Shown here piece after piece: positions 9,609 through 18,236 of a stretch of DNA of 64,000 nucleotides. The stretch covers positions 10,081 through 74,080 of the forward strand of contig VGHA01000004.1 of assembly GCA_016868375.1 (NCBI GenBank), written 5' to 3'. This DNA comes from Betaproteobacteria bacterium (GTDB lineage Bacteria > Pseudomonadota > Gammaproteobacteria > Burkholderiales > Burkholderiaceae_E). Position numbers and translations under genes: made by a program. The notes beneath the pieces were generated by a model, which had not been told where the DNA came from, made no database searches, and was given only the letters and a program-made list of their open reading frames with translations. Every line of letters begins with the position of its first letter. Within the stretch, counting starts at the first letter, position 1.

Positions 9609-11705
9609 TCAGATCTCCGACGGATCGACTTCGAGGTGCCAGCGTGCCCGGGTCTTGACCGTGCGCAATGCAGCCATCCAGTGCGGCAGGAACTCCTGAA
9701 GGGCCGGACGCGCGCCCGACTCAACCAGCAGCTGCGCACGCTCACGCCCCTTCAGGCGGGCCATCGGCATAGGTACCGGGTCGAAAAGCTGTATCGGTGA
9801 ATCCACTTCGGTCCCGCACAGGGGCTCGGCCAGCTCACGGGCAGTGCGCAAAAATGCCAGCGCGTCGTCCAGCGTAGGCGCATCGGCCCGCAGCAGCGCC
9901 TGGTGGGTGAAGGGTGGCATGGCTGCGTCGCGCCGCTCGGCAAGCAGCGCATCGGCAAAACCCGAATAGTCATGGCGCTTCAGAAATTCGAAGAGCGGAT
10001 GAGCGGGATAACGGGTCTGGACCAGCACCCGGCTCGCCGCGACCTCTCGGCCCGCGCGACCGGCCACCTGCATCAGCGTGGCAAACAGGCGCTCCGGCGC
10101 CCGAAAGTCGGCGCTGAACAGTCCGGCGTCGCCGTCCACCACCACTACCAGGCTCAGGCGTCTGAAATCATGCCCTTTCGCAAGCATCTGGGTGCCCACC
10201 AGCAGATCGACCTCGCCCTGATGAACCGCTGCGATCAGCGCCTGCGCGGCGCCGCGACGGTTGGCGACGTCGCGGTCGAGTCGGGCAATCCGCTGGCCAG
10301 GAAACTGGTGCGCCAGGTCTTCCTCGAGTCGCTGGGTGCCGCGACCGAGCCCGGCCAGGCCCAGGTTGCCGCACTGGGGACAGGCACGGGGAACCGGCGA
10401 GTTGGCGCCGCAATGGTGGCAGACCAGCTGGTAGCGAACACTGCGCGCGGGGGCAGGGGCGCGGTGCAGCACCCGCCAGGCCGAGCACTCCGAGCAACCG
10501 CTCAGCCAGCCGCAGGCGTCACACCCCAGCACGGGCGCATAGCCCCGCCGATTGATGAAAACCAGTGCCTGCTCGCGCCTTTCCAAGGTTGTCGTGATGG
10601 CAGAAAGTATTGCGGGAGCGAGCGCTGACTCACCTCGCAGACCTTTGATGTCAATGATGTCGAGCTGGGGCAGCGCCCCACCCCCCATGCGCGAGGGCAT
10701 CTCGAGCAGCCGATAACGGCCGCGCCGGGCCGCCCGCCAGGTTTCGATAGACGGCGTCGCTGAGCCCAGCAGCACCGGGATATCGGACTCACGACCGGCG
10801 GCAACAGCCAGGTCGCGTGCCGAGTAGTGCAGCCCGTCCTGCTGCCGATAGGAAGCGTCATGCTCTTCGTCGACGACGATCGCGGCGAGCCGGGGCAGCG
10901 GCGTCAGCACCGCAAGCCGTGTCCCGATGATCACCCTCACCCGCCCCTCCACCGCGGCCAGCCATGCGCGCGCGCGCTCGGCCTCACCCAGGCCACTGTG
11001 AAGCACCGCCACCGAGTCGGGAGGGAATCGGGAGGCAACCAGCCCGGCAAGCTGCGGGGTCAGGGCAATCTCCGGCACCAGAAGCAGCAGCTGCGCGTCC
11101 GGCTGCCGCTGCAGAATCGCCTCAAACCAGCGCAGATACACCTCGGTTTTGCCGCTGCCGGTCACCCCGTGCAGCACCGATACGCCAAAGCCACGTGCGT
11201 CAATCAGGACATTGAGCACCTGCTGCTGGTCGGCCCCGAGCGGCTGGCCCGCTGCCGAGCGGCTGAGCGCGGGTGGACTCCCGCCCAGCGCGGTGGCAGG
11301 CGTCCTGGCGGCGCGCCGCGCTCGCGCAAACGGTGTGGAGCGGGCGCGTGGCGAGGCCGGCGTACGCAGGGTTCGGGGCACAGCCAGCCAGGCAAACTCG
11401 CCCACCGAGCGATGGTAGTAGCCCGCCGCAAACCGAAGCAGCGCAAACCAGTTGGCAGGCAGCGCTGGCGCATCATCGAGCCGCGCCTCGATATCTTTCA
11501 GACGGTCGGGCGCAAGTTCGCTGTCGGCGCGCCGCTCCAGCACGAGGCCGATTCGACGGCCACTGCCCCAGGGCACCTGCACCCAGTCGCCGACCGCCAG
11601 CGACTCCGCGAGCGCCGGCCCGATCCGGTAGTCGAACCAGGGCGCAATCGGGATATCCAGCGCAATCCGTGCAATTCGCAAATCAGCGGTGAAACCAGAA
11701 TTCAC
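9609..11705 (-). CDS. priA: Primosomal replication-restart helicase PriA
   Basis: 698-aa ORF with Walker A GVTGSGKTEVY and the DEEHD box. The Cys-rich zinc-binding insert is typical of PriA (CDACGW..CSECS...CHHCG...CPQCG). Confidence 0.9.
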   Translation of the reverse strand: MNSGFTADLRIARIALDIPIAPWFDYRIGPALAESLAVGDWVQVPWGSGRRIGLVLERRADSELAPDRLKDIEARLDDAPALPANWFALLRFAAGYYHRSVGEFAWLAVPRTLRTPASPRARSTPFARARRAARTPATALGGSPPALSRSAAGQPLGADQQQVLNVLIDARGFGVSVLHGVTGSGKTEVYLRWFEAILQRQPDAQLLLLVPEIALTPQLAGLVASRFPPDSVAVLHSGLGEAERARAWLAAVEGRVRVIIGTRLAVLTPLPRLAAIVVDEEHDASYRQQDGLHYSARDLAVAAGRESDIPVLLGSATPSIETWRAARRGRYRLLEMPSRMGGGALPQLDIIDIKGLRGESALAPAILSAITTTLERREQALVFINRRGYAPVLGCDACGWLSGCSECSAWRVLHRAPAPARSVRYQLVCHHCGANSPVPRACPQCGNLGLAGLGRGTQRLEEDLAHQFPGQRIARLDRDVANRRGAAQALIAAVHQGEVDLLVGTQMLAKGHDFRRLSLVVVVDGDAGLFSADFRAPERLFATLMQVAGRAGREVAASRVLVQTRYPAHPLFEFLKRHDYSGFADALLAERRDAAMPPFTHQALLRADAPTLDDALAFLRTARELAEPLCGTEVDSPIQLFDPVPMPMARLKGRERAQLLVESGARPALQEFLPHWMAALRTVKTRARWHLEVDPSEI

Positions 11706-11765
11706 TTTAACTTCGAGGCTTAATCCGAGACCCCTAAACGGGAATTCCGGCTCATCAACAAAACC

Positions 11766-11774
11766 TGTGGATAA
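11766..11774 (-). promoter_or_regulatory. Perfect DnaA-box 9-mer (TTATCCACA on the minus strand) in the priA-hemE intergenic region
   Basis: The plus strand reads TGTGGATAA at 11766-11774. A 2-mismatch copy TGTGGGTAG lies at 11778-11786. Two GATC sites and an AT-rich run (TTTTTTGATCAATTTGATGCTCTTATAAATCAA) follow. Function is unproven. Confidence 0.3.
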
Positions 11775-11895
11775 CTCTGTGGGTAGCTGCCGAATAGCGC
11801 TCCCAAGTCCTTGTCTGACCTTGATCCAGCGTGGGATGCCCGTTTTTTGATCAATTTGATGCTCTTATAAATCAACCACTTAGCAAAGCCGCCTG

Positions 11896-11934
11896 AAAAA
11901 CCCCGCGCTTTACCCGGAAACAACACTCGCGGGG
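11896..11934 (-). terminator. Candidate intrinsic terminator downstream of hemE
   Basis: The minus strand reads CCCCGCG-(20 nt loop)-CGCGGGG followed by TTTTT. It lies about 90 nt after the hemE stop. The loop is long, so confidence is modest. Confidence 0.35.
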
Positions 11935-12020
11935 CGCGCGCTGTGCATAAGTCAGCGCCCGCATGCTCGCGAACCCTTGTTTTTCGCGCCTTCGCAAGGC
12001 GCGCCGGTGCGAGAGATTGG

Positions 12021-13160
12021 CTAAAGTGAGGACGCGCTAGCGCCGCGGCGCCTTTGTTCACGGCTGTATGCGTGGACGGCTTCGACCAGCGCAGTAACCG
12101 ACTCGGGTGGCGTGAACTGCGAAATGCCGTGACCGAGGTTGAAAACATGGCCGATTCCGGGCTGCGGCACACCAAAGCTCTCAAGCGCCTTCAACGCCTC
12201 GCCGCGAATCTGCTCAGGCTGGGCCATCAGCACCATCGGGTCAAGATTGCCCTGGATCGCGCAGCGCGCTCCGACGCGCGCGCGCGCCTGACCGAGGTTC
12301 ACGGTCCAGTCGATCCCCACGCCGTCACAGCCCGAGGCGGCGATTTCCTCAAGCCACAAGCCGCCGCCTTTGGTGAATACGATCACTGGCACCGATACGC
12401 GGCGCGTGCCAACGACCTTGCCGTCGGCATCGACAACAGGCTCATCGCGCTCGCGCTGCAGACGGTCGATGACCTGCCGGATTGGCCCCAGCGAAAATTT
12501 CTGGAATGCGCCGTCGGCGAGCGCGCCACCCCAGGAATCAAAAATCATCAGCGCCTGGGCGCCCGCCTCGACCTGTGCGTTGAGGTAATCGGCCACCGCC
12601 TGCGCATTGACCTCGAGGATGCGCTTCATCAGATCGGGCCTGCGATAGAGCATCGTCTTGACCTGGCGGAAGTCGTCGCTGCCGCCGCCTTCGACCATGT
12701 AGCAGGCAAGCGTCCAGGGGCTGCCCGAAAAACCGATCAGTGGCACACGACCGCCCAGAGCGCTGCGAATCGTACTGACCGCCTTCATGACATAACCCAG
12801 TGAATCGGCAGGGTCGGGTGAGGCGAGCGCCGCCACCGCGGCCTCGTCGCGCACCGGCCGCTCGAATTTCGGGCCCTCGCCTTCGGCGAAGTAGAGCCCC
12901 AGGCCCATCGCATCGGGCACGGTGAGAATGTCGGAAAACAGGATCGCGGCATCAAGCGGATAGCGATCGAGCGGCTGAAGCGTGACTTCGCAGGCCAGTT
13001 CGTGGTTCTTGCACAACGCAAGAAAACTGCCTGCACGGCGCCGGGTCGCGTTGTACTCGGGCAGGTAGCGGCCCGCCTGTCGCATCAGCCAGATCGGCGT
13101 GTAGTCGGTTGGTTCGCGGCGAAGCGCGCGCAGGAAGGTGTCGTTCTTAAGCGGTGACAT
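12021..13160 (-). CDS. hemE: Uroporphyrinogen decarboxylase
   Basis: 379-aa ORF with the N-terminal signature [31 protein letters not shown], characteristic of HemE. Confidence 0.92.
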   Translation of the reverse strand: MSPLKNDTFLRALRREPTDYTPIWLMRQAGRYLPEYNATRRRAGSFLALCKNHELACEVTLQPLDRYPLDAAILFSDILTVPDAMGLGLYFAEGEGPKFERPVRDEAAVAALASPDPADSLGYVMKAVSTIRSALGGRVPLIGFSGSPWTLACYMVEGGGSDDFRQVKTMLYRRPDLMKRILEVNAQAVADYLNAQVEAGAQALMIFDSWGGALADGAFQKFSLGPIRQVIDRLQRERDEPVVDADGKVVGTRRVSVPVIVFTKGGGLWLEEIAASGCDGVGIDWTVNLGQARARVGARCAIQGNLDPMVLMAQPEQIRGEALKALESFGVPQPGIGHVFNLGHGISQFTPPESVTALVEAVHAYSREQRRRGASASSL

Positions 13161-13213
13161 CGGATCAGGGCTCCTGGGGTTGGTCAGATTCGGTGGGGGC
13201 GCACTGCCCGCGC

Positions 13214-14788
13214 TCAGCCGATAACCAATTCGATCAGTACGGGGCCGGTCTGTGACATCGCCCGGCCAAACAGTCGGGCGAATTCGCCCAGGTCTTCGGC
13301 ACGCGCGGCCTCCAGCCCCATGCCGCGGGCGATCGATACGAAATCCAGCGTCGGTCGATCAAGCGTCAGCATGTCGGTGGCCCGGCGGCCGGGGGTGCCT
13401 GCGCCGACGCCCGCGAACTCGCCTCGAAGAATCTGATAGGCGCGATTGGCCATGATGACGACGGTGACGTCGAGCTGCTCGCGGGCCATCGTCCACAGCG
13501 CCTGGATCGTGTACATGGCACTGCCGTCGCCTTCGAGCGCGACCACTTTGCGAGCGGGCGCGGCGATTGCAGCACCCACCGCGCAAGGCAGCGCAAAACC
13601 GATGGAGCCGCCCATGACCGAGAGCCAGTCATGCGGGGCTGCGCCCACCGTAGACGGACCAAACGAACGCCCGGTGGTGACCGCCTCGTCGACCACAATC
13701 GCATGCTCGGGAAGCAGCGCGCTCAGCACCGCTGCGATGCCGTCGGAATTGGGGCGACCGGCAGGCAGTGCACTGGGCGAAAGCGTTTGCCGCGCCGCGA
13801 CATGCGCAGGCGCAAGCGCTGAGGCATCGAGTTCGGCCGCCAGCGCCGCCAGCGCCGCGTGCGCATCGTGTTCGGGCTCGGTCAGTGTGATCAAGGCGCA
13901 TCCTGCAGGCGCCAGACGGCGAGGTTTGCCCGGATACGCAAAGAACGCGATCGGCGCGCGCGCGCCCACCAGCACGATGCGCTTGAAGCGGGCGAGTGCC
14001 GCCACGGTGGGCTCCACCGCATACGGCAGCCGCGGCGCCACGACGCGGCCAGCGCCCCGCGACAACTTGGCGGTGTAGAACTCGGTCATCAGCGCACAGC
14101 CGGTTCGAGCGGCAATGCGTCCCGCCTGCTCGAGCGCGGGCTCATCAAGTGCGCCAGCACCCAGCAGCAGCAGCGTCTCGGGCTCGAGAAGCGCCTGCGC
14201 GGCCGCGGTGACCGCCGCCGCGTCGAGCGGCCGGTATGCAATAGCCGGGCGCATTGAATCGGGCGCGAGCGGCGCCTGGTGAGCGGGAAGCTCGCCCCAG
14301 GCAGCATCGGCGGGCAACGCCAGCGTGGCGATCTGACCGGGCGGGGAGCAGGCGGCATCGATGGCGGCCAGCGCATCGGTGCGCAGCGTACCCGCCGAGC
14401 GCGTGGTGCGCACCCAGTGCGACACGGTGCGCGCGATACCCTCCAGATCAGAGGTGAGCGGCGAGTCGTTGGCGAGGTGGTCGGTGGCATGGTCGCCCAC
14501 AATATTGACGATGCCCGAGCGCGCCCGCCGCGCGTTATGCAGATTGGCCAGCCCATTGCCCAGGCCGGGGCCCAGGTGCAGCAGGGTGGCAGCCGGTTTG
14601 CCCGCAATCCGGTAGTAGCCGTCTGCGGCACCCGTGACCACGCCTTCGAACAACCCGAGCACGCAGCGCATTCGATCGATCCGATCGAGCGCGGCGACGA
14701 AGTGCATCTCGGATGTGCCGGGATTGGTAAAGCAGACCTCGACGCCACCGGCAAGCAGCGTGTGGACCAGATCGTCAGCGCCGTTCAA
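13214..14788 (-). CDS. Thiamine-pyrophosphate-dependent enzyme (acetolactate synthase large-subunit-like family)
   Basis: 524-aa ORF with the N-terminal TPP pyrimidine-binding region ([20 protein letters not shown]). The C-terminal TPP motif is [32 protein letters not shown]. It uses a TTG start with GGGAGAG upstream. Confidence 0.8.
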   Translation of the reverse strand: MNGADDLVHTLLAGGVEVCFTNPGTSEMHFVAALDRIDRMRCVLGLFEGVVTGAADGYYRIAGKPAATLLHLGPGLGNGLANLHNARRARSGIVNIVGDHATDHLANDSPLTSDLEGIARTVSHWVRTTRSAGTLRTDALAAIDAACSPPGQIATLALPADAAWGELPAHQAPLAPDSMRPAIAYRPLDAAAVTAAAQALLEPETLLLLGAGALDEPALEQAGRIAARTGCALMTEFYTAKLSRGAGRVVAPRLPYAVEPTVAALARFKRIVLVGARAPIAFFAYPGKPRRLAPAGCALITLTEPEHDAHAALAALAAELDASALAPAHVAARQTLSPSALPAGRPNSDGIAAVLSALLPEHAIVVDEAVTTGRSFGPSTVGAAPHDWLSVMGGSIGFALPCAVGAAIAAPARKVVALEGDGSAMYTIQALWTMAREQLDVTVVIMANRAYQILRGEFAGVGAGTPGRRATDMLTLDRPTLDFVSIARGMGLEAARAEDLGEFARLFGRAMSQTGPVLIELVIG

Positions 14789-14868
14789 TTGAGGCTCTCC
14801 CTGACCGGTCCGCTACCGTGGCGGCCGGTTTTGATGCCCTGCATGTTACGACGGATTGCATGCGGGCT

Positions 14869-14903
14869 GCCGGCAGCGGCGGGTGCTTCGGACCGCTGCC
14901 GGC
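14869..14903 (-). terminator. Strong GC-rich stem-loop just downstream of the array (possible terminator, no U-tract)
   Basis: GCCGGCAGCGG (14869-14879) pairs perfectly with CCGCTGCCGGC (14893-14903) across a 13-nt loop. It lies 19 nt after the TAA that ends the in-frame extension. Confidence 0.3.
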
Positions 14904-14921
14904 GAAACGATGCGCCTGCGC

Positions 14922-15098
14922 TTATCCCGCGGCAGACGACCGATCGGATGAATAGGCGTCAACCCGCCCCTGCGCAGTGGCCGTGATCGTGGCGCTTTCG
15001 ATGGCTTCGGCGGTCAAGGCCGCAGCATCGACGCCCAGGCTGTCGAGCCGCGCCGACAGATCACGCTTCAGATCGTTGAGCACCAGGATGCCGCCCAC
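14922..15098 (-). other. In-frame, coding-like 58-codon extension after the TAG stop of the 732-codon ORF, ending at TAA 14922-14924
   Basis: My hand translation of the minus strand directly after TAG (15099-15101) gives VGGILVLNDLKRDLSARLDSLGVDAAALTAEAIESATITATAQGRVDAYSSDRSSAAG. The codons are GC3-rich like the upstream ORF, and the sequence has the same style as upstream repeats. Confidence 0.5.
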
Positions 15099-17297
15099 CT
15101 ACAACCCGCCTGCGCTGGGCCGCCCGGCATCTGCCTTGGCAGTGGCCTTGAGCGAGTCGCGTGCAATCACCGACACGGTGCCGCCCGCCTTGATGCTTGC
15201 CACCCCGGTACGGGCTTCGACTTCGGCGCGCGAGCCGCCGCGGTAGCGATTGATCGCGAGCAGCCCCGCTGCGGCAGTGCGAATGCCCGGGTCGCTCAGC
15301 GCATCGGCAATGGCTTCCATGACCAGCGACGACCGTGCATCGACCGCTACCGCCCCGGTGGCATTGAGCCGGCTGGCATTGACGGTGACCGCGGTATCGC
15401 GCGCCTTGCCAGTGTCAGTGGGTTCGCCGCCCGCAAATTTTTTGGCGTCGAATGTGCCGAGATCGCCGACATAACGACCGACCAGCTTGACGGCCATGAC
15501 CGCTGCCTGGTCACCATCGGGGGTGGCGTTCATGCCCGTGGGTGTCTCGGCCGACAGCTTTGCCTGATCGCGGGCTGCAAGCTCAATGCCTGCGTCGGCG
15601 GTGATCGAGGTTTGATAAACCGATACGCCCGTGCCGCCATTGAGCGTGTTCCAGGCGCGAAGCGATCCGATGTTGATGTCAAAGCCCAAGGTGAGGCCAA
15701 GCAATGGCCCGGGCTTGGTGGGCCCCATCTTGCCGATCTTCACGTCGGACTCGAGCGCCTGGGCTGCGAGCGCCAGGCTGCGAACATTCGCCCCACTGAT
15801 GGTGGACCGCGCAACCGTGACGCTTACCGACGCCTCAACATCATTACCGGCAAGACTTGCCGGTAAATTGGAGACGCCGTACCAGGACTCGAGCAGCTCA
15901 CCGGTGTAACCGCCCCCGGTGGCCTTCCAGCTGGAGCGGTCCTGCGCGATCGGGTTCACGTCGCCCCGGGCGCGAATCGTCGCCAATTCGACCCGCACCG
16001 CCGTGCTGGTGGTGCCGACATTGCGCGCCTGCCGTGCAGTGGCCGCCAGACTGCTGGCATCGAGTGCAAACGCACGCAACCCCGCCACATCCAGCTCGGC
16101 GCCCGCGAGCGCGGCCTCCACCGCCGAGCGAACCAGCGCGGTGCTGGTGCCCGCCTGCTTGGAGCCTGCGAAATCGCTTAACAGCCCGCCCGCAGCGCGA
16201 TCGCGTGCGAGCGCAGCCACCTGCACCACGGGCGCAGCAACGCCCTGGCCCGGCGCCACCACCACCTTGCCGGTGCCATCGCCCAGATAAGCCCTCGCAT
16301 CCCGGGTAACCAGAATGCGGTTCCAGACGTCTTTGCTTGCGTCCGACCCCGCCAATACGGAGTCCTGCACCCCGATCACACTGCGCAGCTGAGTGGAATC
16401 GGTGGCCTCGAACAACACTGCTACCGTCGACGGCGCGGCGGCCTCCACCAGAGAGAGAGCGGCATTACCGCGCGCACCCGCCTCGCTTTTCTGCTGGACC
16501 GATAGCGTGACCTTGGAGCGCTCAACACCACTTCGCTCCACTTCCATCCGCACATCGGTATCAGCCACCACAAACACACCGGCGGCGGTCACTGAAGATT
16601 TCGCGCCCAGCACAGCGCTGGCCTGCACGTCAGCGCCAAGCGAAAAATCGGTGAGCGTTACGGCGGGCTTGCCGGTATAGCCCAGGGCTGCGCTTGCGAA
16701 CAGCATCAGGTCGCCAGCGGTCTTGACCGTGCCGTTGACGTTGACCGATGCGGCAACGGTGGCGCTTGCCGAGGTGGTTGGGGAACCGGTAAGCGACGCT
16801 TCGGCAATCAGGTGCACCCCAGCACCGGCCTGCAGCAACGCGCCCTCGCTGATCTCAATCGATTCGGATTCAACGACCAGCAGCGCAGAACCAAGGTCTG
16901 CGGTCTTCACCACCACCTGGTCAGCACCCCCCAGACCGCGGATCGCGAACAAACCGGTGGGTTTGGCAAACACCAGGTCGTAGAGGCTGTCGGCGCTGAC
17001 CCGCAACCGGCCGTCGGGCTCGGTGGCAAGCGTCACTTTGTTGTCGGCGGCAGACAGGTCAACGATCAGGTTCTGGACTTCTCCCGACAACGACAGCAGA
17101 TCGCCCGTGCCGGACAGGCGGCCGCTCTGCGAGGCGCCCCGGGTCAGGTCGATGACCGTGGCCGAGGGCTCAAACTGCGCAAGATCAACCTCGACCGTCT
17201 TGCGCTCAACAACGTTCAAGCTGACGTTGTCGGCGGAGATGTCTTTAGTCGTATCGGGACGCGTCTGCTGCAGCATCGGCTCGGCCGACAGCGACAC
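15099..17297 (-). CDS. Hypothetical repetitive Ala/Gly/Ser/Thr/Val-rich (beta-helix-like) protein, with no signal peptide and no cysteine; candidate second cargo
   Basis: 732-codon ORF with a GTG start preceded by GAGGA. Composition and short repeat style resemble the giant protein. It is the last gene of the minus-strand array and ends at an in-frame TAG (see findings). Confidence 0.6.
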   Translation of the reverse strand: MSLSAEPMLQQTRPDTTKDISADNVSLNVVERKTVEVDLAQFEPSATVIDLTRGASQSGRLSGTGDLLSLSGEVQNLIVDLSAADNKVTLATEPDGRLRVSADSLYDLVFAKPTGLFAIRGLGGADQVVVKTADLGSALLVVESESIEISEGALLQAGAGVHLIAEASLTGSPTTSASATVAASVNVNGTVKTAGDLMLFASAALGYTGKPAVTLTDFSLGADVQASAVLGAKSSVTAAGVFVVADTDVRMEVERSGVERSKVTLSVQQKSEAGARGNAALSLVEAAAPSTVAVLFEATDSTQLRSVIGVQDSVLAGSDASKDVWNRILVTRDARAYLGDGTGKVVVAPGQGVAAPVVQVAALARDRAAGGLLSDFAGSKQAGTSTALVRSAVEAALAGAELDVAGLRAFALDASSLAATARQARNVGTTSTAVRVELATIRARGDVNPIAQDRSSWKATGGGYTGELLESWYGVSNLPASLAGNDVEASVSVTVARSTISGANVRSLALAAQALESDVKIGKMGPTKPGPLLGLTLGFDINIGSLRAWNTLNGGTGVSVYQTSITADAGIELAARDQAKLSAETPTGMNATPDGDQAAVMAVKLVGRYVGDLGTFDAKKFAGGEPTDTGKARDTAVTVNASRLNATGAVAVDARSSLVMEAIADALSDPGIRTAAAGLLAINRYRGGSRAEVEARTGVASIKAGGTVSVIARDSLKATAKADAGRPSAGGL

Positions 17298-17447
17298 CCG
17301 ATCCTCAAGCCTTTCGACCTGTGCGCGGCTGCGGGCATACGCCAGCCTTCTGCCCCGTGGGGACCAGCGCTTGAATCGTTTTGCAAAAACGTGTCCATCA
17401 GAAACTCCAGAGAAAACCAGGCAGGCTTATCGGCTAGCCATCAAAGA

Positions 17448-18221
17448 TCAGTGCTCGTTGGGCGGCGACTTGAAGCCAGAGGTATCGGTCGGCGCCAGAG
17501 CGTCAGGGTCATCAACCGGCGGCCCGTCTTCGAGCCGCTCGAACTGCTGCAGAGAAACCAGGTGCGCGTAAATTGACGACAGCCAGCCTTCGCGACGCAG
17601 CTCGAAGAGCTTCGCGTCAGGAAGTCCGTCCAATCGCTCTTCGTTGATCACATAACAGCCGTTGACTTCGAGCGCCTCATCACCCCGGCGCGCGCGCACC
17701 GCAAACGGCGTAAACAGGTTGCGCGCCGCGAGCGCACGACAGAACGCGTCGGTGCGAAGCTGCATCTCGCGAATCTGCTGCAGCCACTCACGCGCCTGTT
17801 CAAGCGCCTCGGTGGGCGCACCCGCCGAATCAAACAGGCGGGCGCCTTCAGTGAGCGACACCAGTTCGCTCGCCGCATCGATGCAGACCGCAAAGCGTTC
17901 CGACTCGCCTTCGGCGGCTGCGCGCGCCAGCGCGAACGGATACGCGCGGATCACCGCAGGGATATAGGACGCGAGCCAGGTGCCATCGATATCAACATAG
18001 ATGTTTTCGCCCTCACGCAGGCCCAGGAGCGCCATGGGGCGGAAGCTGTCGATGTCCGGGTCTTCAACGAACACAATCGGATAGATCGCCGCAGCGCGAA
18101 CGAGCTCGGCCTGCATCAGCGCGGACATATGGACGCCGCGCGCAAACTCGAACCCGGTCTGCGGCCGCACGCGCAGCGCCGCATGGCGTTTCGAATTCAG
18201 TGCAACCAGTTCGCGAAACAC
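17448..18221 (-). CDS. SapC-family protein
   Basis: 257-aa ORF. The N-terminal pattern (LVALNSKRHAALRV...MSALMQAELVRAAAIYPIVFVED...) and the size match my memory of the SapC family (about 250 aa). It starts 15 nt after the SecA-like gene. Confidence 0.6.
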   Translation of the reverse strand: MFRELVALNSKRHAALRVRPQTGFEFARGVHMSALMQAELVRAAAIYPIVFVEDPDIDSFRPMALLGLREGENIYVDIDGTWLASYIPAVIRAYPFALARAAAEGESERFAVCIDAASELVSLTEGARLFDSAGAPTEALEQAREWLQQIREMQLRTDAFCRALAARNLFTPFAVRARRGDEALEVNGCYVINEERLDGLPDAKLFELRREGWLSSIYAHLVSLQQFERLEDGPPVDDPDALAPTDTSGFKSPPNEH

Positions 18222-18236
18222 GTCGACCAGACTCCT

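Noticed and set aside
11706-12020. Chromosomal replication origin next to hemE (as in Caulobacter-type origins).
   Set aside because: There is only one perfect DnaA box and one 2-mismatch copy, and no array of boxes or 13-mer-type repeats. The region is flanked by co-directional genes. It cannot be tested without replicon-wide skew, so I kept it only as a low-interest regulatory observation.
11720-12184. 154-aa minus-strand ORF spanning the priA-hemE spacer and the hemE 3' end.
   Set aside because: It overlaps the hemE coding end out of frame and runs through AT-rich, hairpin-containing intergenic DNA. It has no motif and atypical codon usage.
2-14986. Overlapping alternative-frame ORFs within the housekeeping genes (e.g. 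34-666, 335-712, 2165-2968, 3558-4505, 9903-10628, 10827-11723, 12054-12803, 13446-14078, 14089-14754, 14279-14986).
   Set aside because: Each is fully embedded in, or antisense to, a gene with clear family motifs. All show the same Arg/Pro/Gly-rich off-frame composition.
17216-17398. 60-aa ORF (MDTFLQNDSSAGPHGAEGWR...) in the sapC to 732-aa gene spacer, considered as a possible precursor peptide for the PqqD-like/M50 module.
   Set aside because: Two thirds of it overlap the 732-codon ORF out of frame, and there it becomes Arg/Cys-rich off-frame text. It has no SD and no leader/core-like features. It would only be worth revisiting if homologous cassettes show a conserved small ORF here.
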